Shown piece by piece: positions 40,204-53,085 of a DNA stretch of 64,000 bases. Every line of letters starts with the position of its first letter. The first letter of the stretch is position 1. The position numbers and the translations under genes were made by a program. The stretch comes from Octopus vulgaris (taxonomy: Eukaryota), in contig OX597821.1 of assembly GCA_951406725.2 (NCBI GenBank), forward strand, positions 108,624,001 to 108,688,000, given 5' to 3'. The notes under the pieces are model-generated. The model ran no database searches. It saw only the letters and a list, made by a program, of their open reading frames with translations, and had not been told where the DNA came from.

Positions 40204-40643
40204 TCTAAGACTGCATTATCCAACAACCCTTTCACCACCACTGCCTTCAGCCAGGCATTTTTAAAGACAATAACATGCAAATTTGAGGGCGATAGGTTAC
40301 CGTTCCTAGCAGATCAATCGCGCACAACTTCATTAGCTCGGCATAAATGGTGTTCTTCTTACTATTGTTGCTGTTGTTTGTTTATAGTCCTAGCTTAAAC
40401 CAGACAGAGTAGAACTATAATAAAAAGCGTTCCAACCGTGACTCTTCCGTTCGGTTTTCAGTAATAGTATATCAAAAATTTCATTTTCGAAATGTGCCCT
40501 TCTTTTAATCTGTTAGGGTGTGATTTTAGGTCACAGCTGTATCTTTCTATCTAGCAATGTATATATTATGCATGTATGTATGTATGTATGTATGTATGTA
40601 TGTATGTATGTATGTATGTATGTATGTATGTATGTATGCATGC

Positions 40644-41084
40644 ATACAAAATGGGACAAGAACGCAAAACATCCGGACAGCTAGGTGATACAAAATAGAG
40701 ACAACAAAACATCCAGATAGAAGATACAAAGAAAACAAGGACGAGTCATTCGAGTCGAGTACCAGATTATCTTCGCAATTTCGGCTGATTATACTTGAGA
40801 TTGCTCCAATCTGGCCAGCTCCAAGGAAAAACTAAGCTAAGAGCATTGTATACATTCGCTACTTTCTTCCAAGGAATCTAATGCTCTTAGCTTAGTTCTC
40901 CCTTGCGGCTGGCCAGATTGGAACAATCAGCTGAAATTGCGAGGATAATCTGGTGCTTGACTGAGGATAGAGGGCTTCGAATGACCCATCCTTTGTTTTC
41001 TTCGTATCGTCTATGTGGATGTTTTGTTGTCCTCTTTTTGTATCAGATAACTGTCCAGATGTTTTGCGTTCTCGTCCCATTTTG

Positions 41085-41087
<3 letters not shown>
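40644..41087. mobile_element. About 445-bp palindromic fold-back element between microsatellites
   Basis: atacaaaatgggacaagaacgcaaaacatc... is inverted as ...gatgttttgcgttctcgtcccattttgtat; inner hairpin as at 37104-37313. Confidence 0.88.
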
Positions 41088-41155
<68 letters not shown>

Positions 41156-41157
41156 TA

Positions 41158-41197
<40 letters not shown>

Positions 41198-41214
41198 TGT
41201 AAGCGTGTATGTAA

Positions 41215-41585
41215 CTATTACAGCTGTTGTTCACAGCAGTACTTTTGCAACCTGTGGTAAGGAGTGTCTTTCTGTTGGCGGATTGAAAAGGCATGTCAAA
41301 AGAGTTCATACCGTAGCACCTGTTCCTCCTGTCAGCAGGTACAGCTGTGCATTATGCAATATAATGTGCAAATATTTGACCGAGGATATGGGTCTCAGAT
41401 TGCGTCATCAACGACTCATTTCAATGGCTCTTTCTAGGAATGGCTTTGCTCGTGTAGGAGAAAGCAGCTGCTCTATATATTACGACACATCTAGTACTGA
41501 GACGACCGATGAGGCAGAGCACAATAAGACAACCCACAAATGGCGATTATAATGATGATGATGATGATGATGATGATGATGGTAA
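41215..41585 (+). mobile_element. Probable RTE-clade LINE 3' end with C2H2-like fingers
   Basis: TCGKECLSVGGLKRHVKRVH...YSCALCNIMCK, then a (GAT)n tail; no TGEKP linkers. Confidence 0.5.
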
Positions 41586-41718
41586 TGATCGGTTCATGAG
41601 TACCAACATCTCTGGTCTTACCGAACGCAGACATATTATCATAATCATCATCATCCTCATCATCATCATCGTCATCACTACCAACAAGAACAGCAGCAAC
41701 GATAAAAACGATATAAGT

Positions 41719-41790
<72 letters not shown>

Positions 41791-41882
41791 CTTATGCCTA
41801 TCGCAGGATTTTCTTTTTACCAGAAGTTCTGACTCAACTTTCCGCCTGACCAAGCAAGACAGAAAATTAAAAGAAATACATA

Positions 41883-41951
<69 letters not shown>

Positions 41952-42104
41952 ACGTATACATACATATATATATACGAAATAAAACAGGACAAATATATAT
42001 TAAAGATAATTAAAGTAATATGCAGTTCTCACTTTAATTACTGTGGAGCCGATATAATGAAAAAATATATATACATATATAATAATTAAACTCGGCCATG
42101 TGAC

Positions 42105-42144
<40 letters not shown>

Positions 42145-42324
42145 TAAGGAAGATTGCTCAACCACGATCAAGGAAGTTTAACTTATGATAAACAGTGGAA
42201 CATTATTAGTCATAAGCTATTCCAAGATCAGATATGCTGAGTTTTTGATAACAGGAAACAGTTTTAATTAATTATTAAATTTATATATTTATTTATTAAC
42301 AAAAATTAAATTAAAGTATAAACG

Positions 42325-42412
<88 letters not shown>

Positions 42413-42419
42413 GAAACAA

Positions 42420-43490
42420 ACCAGTTCGACTTGGTTTTTCATCCTTTCGGGATCGATAAATTAAGTACCAGTTGCGTACTGGGGGTGATCTAATCGACTG
42501 GCCCCCTCCCAAAGATTGCGGGCGTTGTGTATGGAGTAGAAAAGATTATTATTATTATTATTATGAAGGAAAGGAGCAAAATCGTTCGGTCAATAGGCAA
42601 ATTGTTTAGCGGCATTTTATTCGTCTTAATGTTCTGAGTTCAAATTCCGCCGAGGTCGACTTTACCTTTCGTCCTTTCGGGGTCAATAAATTAAGTACCA
42701 GTGAAATACTGGGGTCGGTTTAATCGACTAGATCCCCCTCCCGCACAAAATTTCACGCCTTGTGCCTTTAGTAAAAAGGATTATTATTAAATTGAAGGAA
42801 ACGAACAACGCGATGCGCTGGCACAAAATGTTTAGCGGTATTTCGTCTGTATTTACCTTCTAATTTCAAATTCTTCCGGAGTTGACTTTGCCTTTGAGTC
42901 CTGATGTCAAAGTAATCGACTTATAGCCGTACCCAAAATTGCTGGCCTGGTGCCAACATTTGAAGCCTTAATTTTTATTATGAAGAAACCAAGGCTTCGA
43001 GCTGGCCGAATCGTTAGCACAGTGGACAAAATACTTAATGGTATTTCGTCCGTCTTCACGTTCTTAGATCAAAATTCTGTCGATGTCGACTTTGTCTTTC
43101 GTCCTTTCGGGTCGATAAATTAAGTACCAGTGAAACACTTGGGTCGATTAAATCGACTAGTTCTCCCCCACCACCACCACCATCACTATCAAATTTCAGG
43201 CCTTTTGCCTATAGTAGAAAGCATTATTATTAAATAAACGAGCAACGCGATGCGAATATGCGCTGGCAAATCCTGGGGCAAAATGTTTGGCGGCATTTCA
43301 TCTGTCTTTACGTTCTGATTTCAAATTCTGCCGTAGTTGACTTTGCCTTTCGTCCTTCGAGGTCAATAAAATAAGTACCAGGCTTTGTGCCTCTAGTAGA
43401 AATGAGCATTAAAGAAACGTTGTGAGTTCATATAACGTCGAGGTCTACTTTACCTTTCATCCCTTTCAAGGTCGATAAAGTAAGGCAGTT
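42420..43490 (+). mobile_element. Cluster of about six co-oriented Meta-type SINEs
   Basis: Repeated ttctgagttcaaattc...gtcgactttgcctttc.tcctttcg units with (ATT)n-type tails. Confidence 0.85.
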
Positions 43491-43821
43491 TTCATTGTAC
43501 TGGTGGCATTGTAAGGAAGAGAAACAGAGTCGGTCTTTAGGGGGGATTTAAAATCAAAAGTGATCCCTGAAGAAATGTTGTTAGACATATTGACCGACCT
43601 GCAAAAAATTCTACAAGTTCGTCGTATATCGTGTATAATGAGCTAGGGGTCAATTTGGTTGTTATATGTAGCACGTCAAACGACCGCATATGAATGCCAT
43701 TTATTAAACTGAGTATGATATGTACCTATGAGAAGGGTTAATTTCACTACTATTTCTAGCAAAATAAACAACCACCAGTGAGTTTTCTCTTGTTTTCTCC
43801 CATAACTTCTACAAAATGTAT

Positions 43822-44216
43822 TAATTTCTTTATTGCCCACACGGGGCTAAACATAGATAAGACAAACAAGGACAGAAAAGAGATTAAGTCGATTACATCG
43901 ACCCCAGTGCGTAACTGGTACTTATTTAATCGACCCAGAAAGGATGAAAAGCAAAGTCGACCTCGGCGGAATATGAGCTCAGAACCTAGCGGCAGATGAA
44001 ATACCTATTTTTTTTACTACCCACAAGGGGCTAAGCACAGAGGGTACAAACAAGGACAGACATAGGTATTAAGTCGATTACATCGACCCAGTACGTAACT
44101 GGTACTTAATTCATCGACCCCGAAATGATGAAAGGCAAAGTCGACCTCGGCAGAATTTGAACTCAGAACGTCCGCATTTCGTCCGGCGCGCTAACGTTTC
44201 TGCCAGCTCGCCGCCT
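43822..44216 (-). mobile_element. Meta-type SINE dimer
   Basis: Head-bearing monomer plus headless monomer. Confidence 0.9.
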
Positions 44217-44669
44217 TTCAATACAATATGTATTGAAAGAGAAACACTACCTTGGCGGAGAACAGAATACATTTCAATCAGATTTAAATTAAAAAGTGGT
44301 TCGAGAGAGACTCGAAAGCGTTTGCTCTACACAAAAACCGACAGTCATTTTTTCATACGTATCGTGGTTAGCGACATATTACAAGGTTTCTATGGCGGCT
44401 GATGAAACCAAAGTTCTTAAGGTCGCCAAACTTTATTTTCGTGGGACTGCTGAAACATTTATAAATTCTATATATTTATTTCACATTTCAAATGTTACTG
44501 TTCACATCTGGGACGTAATCGCTTCGCCTTCTCATGTCATTAAATATCGTATCCCCGTCAAGCCACACCTTCTCTCTCTCTCTCTCTCTCTTTCTGTACA
44601 TATGTAAGTATATACATATATATTAGGTATATTCATACACACACACACACACATACACACAAACACACA

Positions 44670-44710
<41 letters not shown>

Positions 44711-45333
44711 TCATACATAGATACATGTATGTAAATGTACATACATACACATATATACTCATACATAGATGCATATACACATATGTATATGTGCATACAC
44801 ACACATACACAAACATTTATATATATATATATATACACACAGCTATATATACATATATACACACACATATACATACACACATATAGATACACACACATAT
44901 ATGCATGCACATACATATATATGTATATGTATATGTATATATATCGACGTTCGTCTAAAAATACATATGTGTGTGTATGTGTCTATGTGTCTATGTGTGT
45001 GTGTGTGTGATAGCGTTTTTTTTTTTAGTTATTTATTCTCTATCATATTCACACATTAACCTTATATTTCGTTGACTAATTCACATGAGGCTTATTTACA
45101 TTCATACATACATGCACAAATACATGCATATTCACACATACACACACACATACACACACACACATATTTGTGTATAGAGTGGTGGGAGTGTGGACAATTA
45201 GTGGAGGGAGTGAAAGGAGGAGGAATTGTTGTAAGAATGGCAGGAGCTAACCATGGTGTATGTATGTATACATAGTTACATGGGAGCATATCTGGAGTGC
45301 ATACATACACACCCATATCCACACACTCATATA

Positions 45334-45364
<31 letters not shown>

Positions 45365-45533
45365 GTGTGTATGTGTCTATAACTACAATTAAAACTGAAG
45401 AATTTCGCTGACGTTACTAAGAGTTTCGCCTTACGGTTGTTGCGTTGAGCTTTATATAAAAGCCCGTTATTTGAGACTCGTAATAATGTACACCGCTCTT
45501 CTTATCAATGCTGAATGCAATGAGTACGTTTTG

Positions 45534-45566
<33 letters not shown>

Positions 45567-45695
45567 TGTAAATATGTATGTATGTGTATTTGTATGTGTG
45601 TGTGCGTGTGTGTGTGTACACGTAGAGTGAGAAAGAAGAATATGGAGGGAAAGAGGAAGAGAGGAGAAGTAGATAAATAGGTAGATAGAGATATG

Positions 45696-45756
<61 letters not shown>

Positions 45757-45786
45757 ACAGACAGACAGACACACAGACAGACAGAC

Positions 45787-45842
<56 letters not shown>

Positions 45843-45938
45843 GGACAGACAGATAGATAGAAAGATTGATAGCTGGATAGATACATACATGCATAGATGG
45901 ATAGATAGACTGGCAGGCAGACAGGTAGGCAGACAGAC

Positions 45939-46014
<76 letters not shown>

Positions 46015-46015
46015 T

Positions 46016-47282
46016 TAATAGCCACGCAGGGCCGAATACAGAGGAGACAATATTTGGGGGAATTTGTCTTTTTCAGAATCGATCAAATTTGAAGGAAAAC
46101 CTTTTTTTCTTTTTGGACGTTTAAACAGGGAAATAACACAAAAGTCGTTGTTATTCATTAGAGTTCCCTATAGGGGGAAGAAATGTAACATTAGCTAGGT
46201 TTATCCGTGGAAAGAAATACCTACGAAAAAGAACCACCGTAACCTCGGAAACGAAAAGGAAAACATTAACGTGAGAACAAGACGCTCTTTCTCTCTGTTT
46301 TATAGGTTCTTGCTCAAGGTGGTTCCGTCACTTATTCGAACCATCCTTGCCACACTCACCTACCATTTGTTGAACCTTTCATTAGACAAAACTTCCCTCT
46401 CTGTTCTCACCTTCGTTTTCAAGTGATACTTAAAAAGTTGATGAGAGGTTGGCCAGAGAGGAAAGTGTTTGTCTCTAATCCTTTTGCAAGTCTACCACAC
46501 ACATTCTTTCACCATAGCCACCGGTACAATGAAAACTGCCCTGCCATCCTGGTTACAGGAAGGTGGCATTTGCAATTTTCACGATACACTCGGTCGATAA
46601 CCGATTTCGTCCCACACATGACAACAGCCATTTGCCATAAGTCCACAGGTCTGAAATGGTTGGACATTCCACGAGTGCGTGCAGAACGGTTTCCTCGCTC
46701 TGACCGCATCTCGAGCGAGTCGGTCGGGCATTTCTTTTAACCGTGCATGTAGAGCTTATCCCGAACGGGCAATATTTCCCGATAGCACATTCATACCAGG
46801 GATCTTTGGAAATTTTCCATAGGTCCCGCCCCGAAAGTGGTCCTGAAGAGGCGGACCAGGTATTCCTCGTCGGCGCCCAGCGTCTTCCCAAAAACGCCGC
46901 CGCACCTCCCCTACATACGCTATAGAACGCCTTTGTGAAACTGAAGTCGCACAAGTTTGATCCTGGAGGGCAGACTTGCTAGAGAGCATGCCATTCGCCC
47001 GGACTCGGTCTCTGTTTCATCTATGATAGCAGTTCGGTCAAAGAGACGTGCTGCGGGAAAGCGCGTCTCACAAACAGTGACGCACACCTGTTCACCGTCG
47101 TCTATGAAGCGCTAGAGATGTTGCACTCACAGCGCATGTCTGCGCATCATTCACGACGGCATGCTCAGCCCTCCATTTAGCGGATGTTTGCATCAAATGG
47201 ATCACCTGACCATCGGAACGCTTCCCTTACACAAAAAGTGAAAGAATATGTATTCCAGTTTTGTGATGGTAGGGTCGGAACA
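46016..47282 (-). mobile_element. Tx1/L1-clade LINE, 5'-truncated and degraded
   Basis: IFFHFLCKG...HPLNGGLSMP; CYREILPVRDKL; zinc-knuckle region RCGQSEETVLHALVECP...LW. 3' end abuts (TATC)n and the 5' end abuts a GATA/GACA remnant. Confidence 0.85.
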
Positions 47283-47379
47283 GATAGACAGTCAGACAGA
47301 CAGGTATATAGATACATGAGACGCACGCTTGATTGCAACCATAAACATATGTGGGCCTATCAGTGTGAAAATAACAGTG

Positions 47380-47462
<83 letters not shown>

Positions 47463-47934
47463 TGTGTGTATAAACGTATATGTCTATCTATCTATATATC
47501 CACGCACACATACATATATATGTATATATATGTATATATATGTATATATACATATACATATATATATATACGCGCACACATATATATATATCTGTAAGTA
47601 TGTGCGTATACATGTATTTTTATTCATGTATGTATGTATGTAGGTAGTAGGTAGGTAGGTAGGTATGTATGTATCTGTTATGTGTCTGTGTGTATATGTA
47701 CACAGACACCGAGACATAATTTTGTAAGACGAAAGGCGTCGGACTTCGTAAGAAAAACAATAAAAAAAAATGAAAACAAAATGGAAGACAATATGAAACA
47801 AGGATGAACAAAATCGTACATCAAAACTTCATTGTGTACAACGACAGATAAAAAAAGGCTCATATTTCTAGCAACAAGCGACTAAATTACACCGGATTAT
47901 TATTATGATTATTATCATCATCACCATCATCATC

Positions 47935-47999
<65 letters not shown>

Positions 48000-48289
48000 A
48001 CAATAGAACTAATGTATTCACGGGTTTTTTTTTTTTGCGAACCTAATAAGGACGGGTCGAGTTATTATTTATGTAATTGAGGAAACGAAAAACAGGGAGC
48101 GGCTCATCTTTTATAAAGAATTTCAATGTGATGTGATAACTATGGTGTGACGGTCGTCTTTATACAAAGGTTCATTGGTCGACGCGATAACGGATATGGT
48201 GGTGGGGTATTAAGGGTGTGGTGATGATGACAGTGGCTCTATTTCTTTTTGTGCTGCGTGCGAGCGGTTACAGGAAACGTGACGAAGAT

Positions 48290-48580
48290 ATTTTCCATAT
48301 ATATGTAATATTTGAGAAGAGAGCGAAGTAAGCAATGCAATCGCAGAATACCGAAAGCACAAATTCCGCTGAACAGGACATGTCGTAAGGTTTATAGACA
48401 ACAGCTGGCCCCGTGCAGTTTTCGAGTGACACCCAAGATATCGGAAAAGGCCACTTGAAAAGCCTCAACGACAACGAGAAGACGATTTATCAAGCAATTT
48501 GTATTAAGATAGAAAAGAATGGCGCTATCAGAACAGAACTGGAAGCACATTGTGACCAGCGGTGTTTAACAGTATTTGAG
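48290..48580 (+). mobile_element. RTE-clade LINE remnant
   Basis: KHKFR*TGHVVRFIDNSWPRAVFE*HPRYRKRPLEKP resembles the RTE motif W.WAGHV.R..D.RW...V.EW.PR..KR..G.P. Confidence 0.7.
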
Positions 48581-48676
48581 GGTCTGGTTAATACTGTGGT
48601 GTATATAGACAGGCTGTTCGGGATAAATTTGATGCAATTTTCTGTCTCCTTTTATTTATTTATATATATTTTTCAG

Positions 48677-48714
48677 GCACAGTTTGATGGATTGGTGAAC
48701 AGTCGAATATGTTG
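48677..48714 (+). other. Candidate 38-nt micro-exon
   Basis: Long pyrimidine tract ending tttcag|, single open frame AQFDGLVNSRIC, donor TG|gtgaga. Confidence 0.2.
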
Positions 48715-48789
48715 GTGAGACTTTAAAGCTGTAACTGAGAAACAGCTGTTACGGACAACTGGAAATAAATATTGATATTATTTATAATA

Positions 48790-48985
48790 ATCCTTCTACT
48801 ATAGGCACAAGGCCTGAAATTTAAGGGCGGGGACTATTCGATTACATCGATCCCAGTGTTTCACTGGTACTTATTTTACCGACTCCGAAATGTTAAAAGG
48901 TAAAGCCGACCTCGGCAGAATTTGAACTCAGAATGTAGCGACGGGCGAAATATCGCTAAGCATGTTCTGCCAGCTCGCCGCCTTC
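48790..48985 (-). mobile_element. Meta-type SINE
   Basis: Core and head match. Confidence 0.85.
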
Positions 48986-49021
48986 ATGTTACTTATAATA
49001 ATAATAATAATAATAATAATG

Positions 49022-49090
<69 letters not shown>

Positions 49091-49336
49091 TCCGAGATAT
49101 AATAAATTCATATTATTTATATGAGTGTAGAGAACATATAGAGGATCTCCTAAACTGTGACACCTCAGACGAAGACTCAAGAAAAATTATTGGAATGTGC
49201 AGATGTACTTTACGAGTACCCAGTTTCGATCACACCTACCCTCCATTCTGTGTGTGTGTGTGTGTGTCAGTAGGTACACAAACCAAAAGCTGTCAGAACT
49301 CAATACGCCGATAATGTTTTAAGAATGTAATATTAG

Positions 49337-49559
49337 TACATTATTTACATTATTTACAATTGACGGATATTTGTCATTATCTTGTTTGTTGTTAACCCTC
49401 CAGCCTTCATCAGGTATCTAGGGGAAATTTCCCCAAGACACCTGATGAAGGCTGAAGGGTATATCAGCGGAAACGTTATGTTAACTACAAACAAAATGAG
49501 GTCAAATATCCGTCAATTGTAAATAATGTACGTAATTCCTCATCTCTTAAATATAGACC
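49337..49559. mobile_element. Fold-back mini-copy of the tRNA/hammerhead family with 13-bp TSD
   Basis: Inverted about ggggaaatttcccc (49421-49434); aatgtaatattag at 49324-49336 and 49560-49572. Confidence 0.88.
49437..49482 (+). ncRNA. Minimal type-I hammerhead ribozyme
   Basis: gacac-CTGATGA-ag-gctg aagggtatat cagc-g-GAAA-C-GTT-atgtt; core intact, single mismatches in stems I and II. Confidence 0.75.
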
Positions 49560-49919
49560 AATGTAATATTAGATTCGTATAGGACGCCATTATTTCGAAG
49601 TTTCGTAGGCGCCGATACAAGCCTACAACCTCACACACACACACATACTCACACACATGCACACACATACACGCACACATACGCATACACTCACACACAT
49701 ACACACACATACACACACATACGCAAGCGCACACCAATACGCGCGCTTGAAAAACAGACTAAGGGGCACACACATGGTCTTCCGCATAGTTTCCATCTCC
49801 CAAATTCTTTCCAAAGGCATTCGTTGGTCTGAAAGTATAGTAGAAGAGAACCGGCTAATGCTCCGTGCAGTTGGATTGAACCCGAAGCCACGTGGAAGTA
49901 AAACGATCATGCTGAAAAA

Positions 49920-50135
49920 GATCTGAGTCAATGTGAGAGCTTAGCCAACGAAAAAGCTAGGGTTCCGCGGGTGCTGAGTCAACAAAGAAAATAAACCTAA
50001 AGATTATCTAAATCAACGGGAGAGCTGAGCCTGCGAGAGATTTGAGCTTAAGGATATGACTCAGCAACGGAGCTGAGTCACTGTGTGTGCTGAGTCAACG
50101 AGGAAATAGAGTCAACGAGGGAAATGAGTCAATGG
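49920..50135. promoter_or_regulatory. Cluster of AP-1 / ARE-like motifs
   Basis: TGA(G/C)TCA at 49924, 49975, 50057, 50074, 50091 and 50125; four carry the GC extension, including ATGACTCAGCA at 50056-50066. Confidence 0.4.
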
Positions 50136-51497
50136 GGTGTTTTATAAGTTAACAGTCGCCAATAGCAGCCAAATTTCACTCAAATCACAGCCTATCAACT
50201 TCTATAATAATACGAAGGATAATGTTGCACGGAGGACCCTATTCGTAGAAATAAATTGGGAGAGTCACTTTTGAAAGGCTTTTTGTCATAAATCCGCTGG
50301 AATCAGAACGATGCGCTGTTAAATGACAATGGTCTCCACAGCAACAGAAAAATGCTCACGTGTGTTCATTTTCGATTTGGATGGGATTTATGAGTGATTT
50401 GACTGTTGTTTTTAACATGTCGATCATATGTATATTACATTCTAGCAAGCTGTGGTCCAGTAATCCAAGATCAGGATTCATCCTATCGATCTATGTCCGA
50501 TTGATTAATATCCTATTGATTTATGGTCAAAAGCACTGTAATTGTATCCAACGTGTATTATCTTTTAGCCAGTCAATGGATAAAGATGACTGACCAAGTG
50601 GTTGGAATGTTGCTCTCGAGATCATAAGACAGTAGTTTCCCTACGCTAGGCTGTGCATTTTGTTCTTGAGCAAACCCCTTCATTTCACTCAACACCAGTC
50701 AATCACCTATATCCAGCAGTAGCTAGGAAGTTAAATCTATGATGGACCAGCGCCCCATCCAGTGGAGAATGTTGTCCTTTTGAAGTCCCAGGCTTGTCAA
50801 TCCTAGGGCTCAGTAAGTTTTAATACGATACGACTGTAAATGCTAATGCTCTTCTCTGTTTTAAATCCCATTGGAAATGATGTGCAGAATAGTGTAGTTT
50901 GACCGCTATTTCTAGCACACCATTCGTCTGCATAGAGGTTCCCTTACAATCTCGCATGTCTGAGTTCTGAAACATAAATGTATAGTGCAAATTTTCACAT
51001 AATAAACGAATATCATATTTACTTTGAGGGGAATTTATCTAAAGAATTTCGTTGTATGTCTACGTTAAAATGAGTGTATATAGGATTATATGAACTGTGT
51101 TTGCGAATGTGGTTGTGTATGTATATATATATATACAATCTGTAAATAATCTTTATTGAGGACATCGTTGTTATCTATACGTATATGTGTGTTTGTGAGA
51201 GTGTGTATGAGTGTGTGTTTATAGTTCCGTGCATCTGGTTTGACATTTTGTGGGAATACAAACGAAACGGATGCAAATAAATACGTGCAAAGCGCCCTGT
51301 CCTCTATACACACTCACTCACGTATACACAGCTATGTGTGTATATCTATGTACACATGGGTATACCATGTTTATATACATACATACCTACTAACATACAT
51401 ACATATATATATATATGTGTGTGTGTGTGCGTGTGTGTATACGGATGCATGCATATGCATGTATAATCACGTATATATTTATGTATATATATATACA

Positions 51498-51531
<34 letters not shown>

Positions 51532-51910
51532 GAGTGTGTATTCATACATACATAAATACATACAAATACATATGCATATGCATATATATATATATATATA
51601 TATATGTTCATCTGTGTGTATGTATATATCGATGTGCATGCATGTGCGTGCATATGTGTGCATGTGTATATGCGCAACAACACATGCACACATGTATACA
51701 CAAATATGCATATGCTCATAACCCGCGCTCACATACATACACACCTACACACCCCACATACCTACACACACACATATATATATATATATCTGCCCACAAT
51801 GTTGTTGCTAGTTAAGAGGCGGTCGTGTAAATGTGTATAGGCCCATTGTGAGCTAGTTTATGACTGTCAAAGTGAGCAATATGCATGTGTTCACATAAGT
51901 ATATGTGAAT

Positions 51911-51991
<81 letters not shown>

Positions 51992-52240
51992 TGTGTGTCT
52001 GGTTGTATGAGGGCGAATGTCTTGATATATATATATTTTGACTTCGAGTAAACAAATTCCAAATATTAAGATAACAGGTGGCCAGGCTATGTTATAAAGA
52101 GATGATAGATGTTGGATAATGCTGGGTGGATCAGCTGAGTTTGAGGGTGGATGGGGGAGATCTGTGTGGGCTTGACATGTGTGTTTACGTACGTATGCTT
52201 GTATGTGTATATATGTATCAATCTATCTATCTATTTCTTC

Positions 52241-52289
<49 letters not shown>

Positions 52290-52413
52290 GCTCTATATAT
52301 AATCTGTCTATATATATATTAATGTGTGTGTATGTGTGTGTGTGTGTGAGTGTATATACGTATGTTTATTTTTACATAAATTAGCCCTCTGAAACTCTTA
52401 GACATTCTTCTAA

Positions 52414-52541
52414 ACTATCTGATGAAGCCTAGAGGCACACCCAAGTACCCTAATTTTATCTACCGATCACAACAGTACACTGAAAAGATGGAAATAACAT
52501 GTGGAGCACTGTGACCTCTTGACAGAAACAGCTGTAAGAAA
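52414..52541 (+). ncRNA. Hammerhead with very long stem-loop II
   Basis: CTGATGA-a-gcctagaggcac...(about 70 nt)...gtgacctcttgac-a-GAAA-cagctgt-A-agaaa. Confidence 0.5.
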
Positions 52542-52673
52542 CTGCTCTTCTTTCTCTATTCTAGAAATTACTGGTACTTTATATGTAAAACACAATCTTT
52601 ACACATGTGTGTACTTTCTCAGAATTGTTCAAAATAAATAAATATACATAATATAAAAGTTGATGCATCTTCT

Positions 52674-52718
<45 letters not shown>

Positions 52719-52827
52719 CCTTCATATATATATATGATAGATCGTTAGCTCCTACATGCATTTGTTCCCTCCTTTTTTTCTCTCCTTTTTTCTCTCCTTG
52801 TTTCTCTCCTTGTTTTTTTTCTGTGTA

Positions 52828-52865
52828 TCTTTCTGTCGAAGAGCGTAGGCTCGAAACGTAAAAGA
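52828..52865 (+). ncRNA. Minimal hammerhead variant (element about 52770-52960)
   Basis: tcttt-CTGTCGA-a-gagc gtag gctc-GAAA-C-GTA-aaaga; A6U. Confidence 0.7.
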
Positions 52866-52954
52866 CTTTTCTCTATTCCTGAGTGCTATACTAATGAATT
52901 TGTTTGTTTGTACTCCACCTGCCTTCGTCTTTTGTTTATTTTCGTAAACATTCC

Positions 52955-53015
<61 letters not shown>

Positions 53016-53033
53016 TACATGTATGTGTGTATG

Positions 53034-53085
<52 letters not shown>

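Noticed and set aside
39229-40280. Long 202-aa and 271-aa ORFs
   Set aside because: Built from (GTA/GTG)n; the unique parts belong largely to an ancient dispersed repeat.
41205-41552. Host C2H2 zinc-finger gene exon
   Set aside because: First Cys missing, second finger incomplete, no TGEKP linker, and a (GAT)n tail; fits a LINE 3' end better.
44296-44607. 103-aa ORF in unique sequence
   Set aside because: No recognisable motif or splice support; it runs into a (CT)n repeat.
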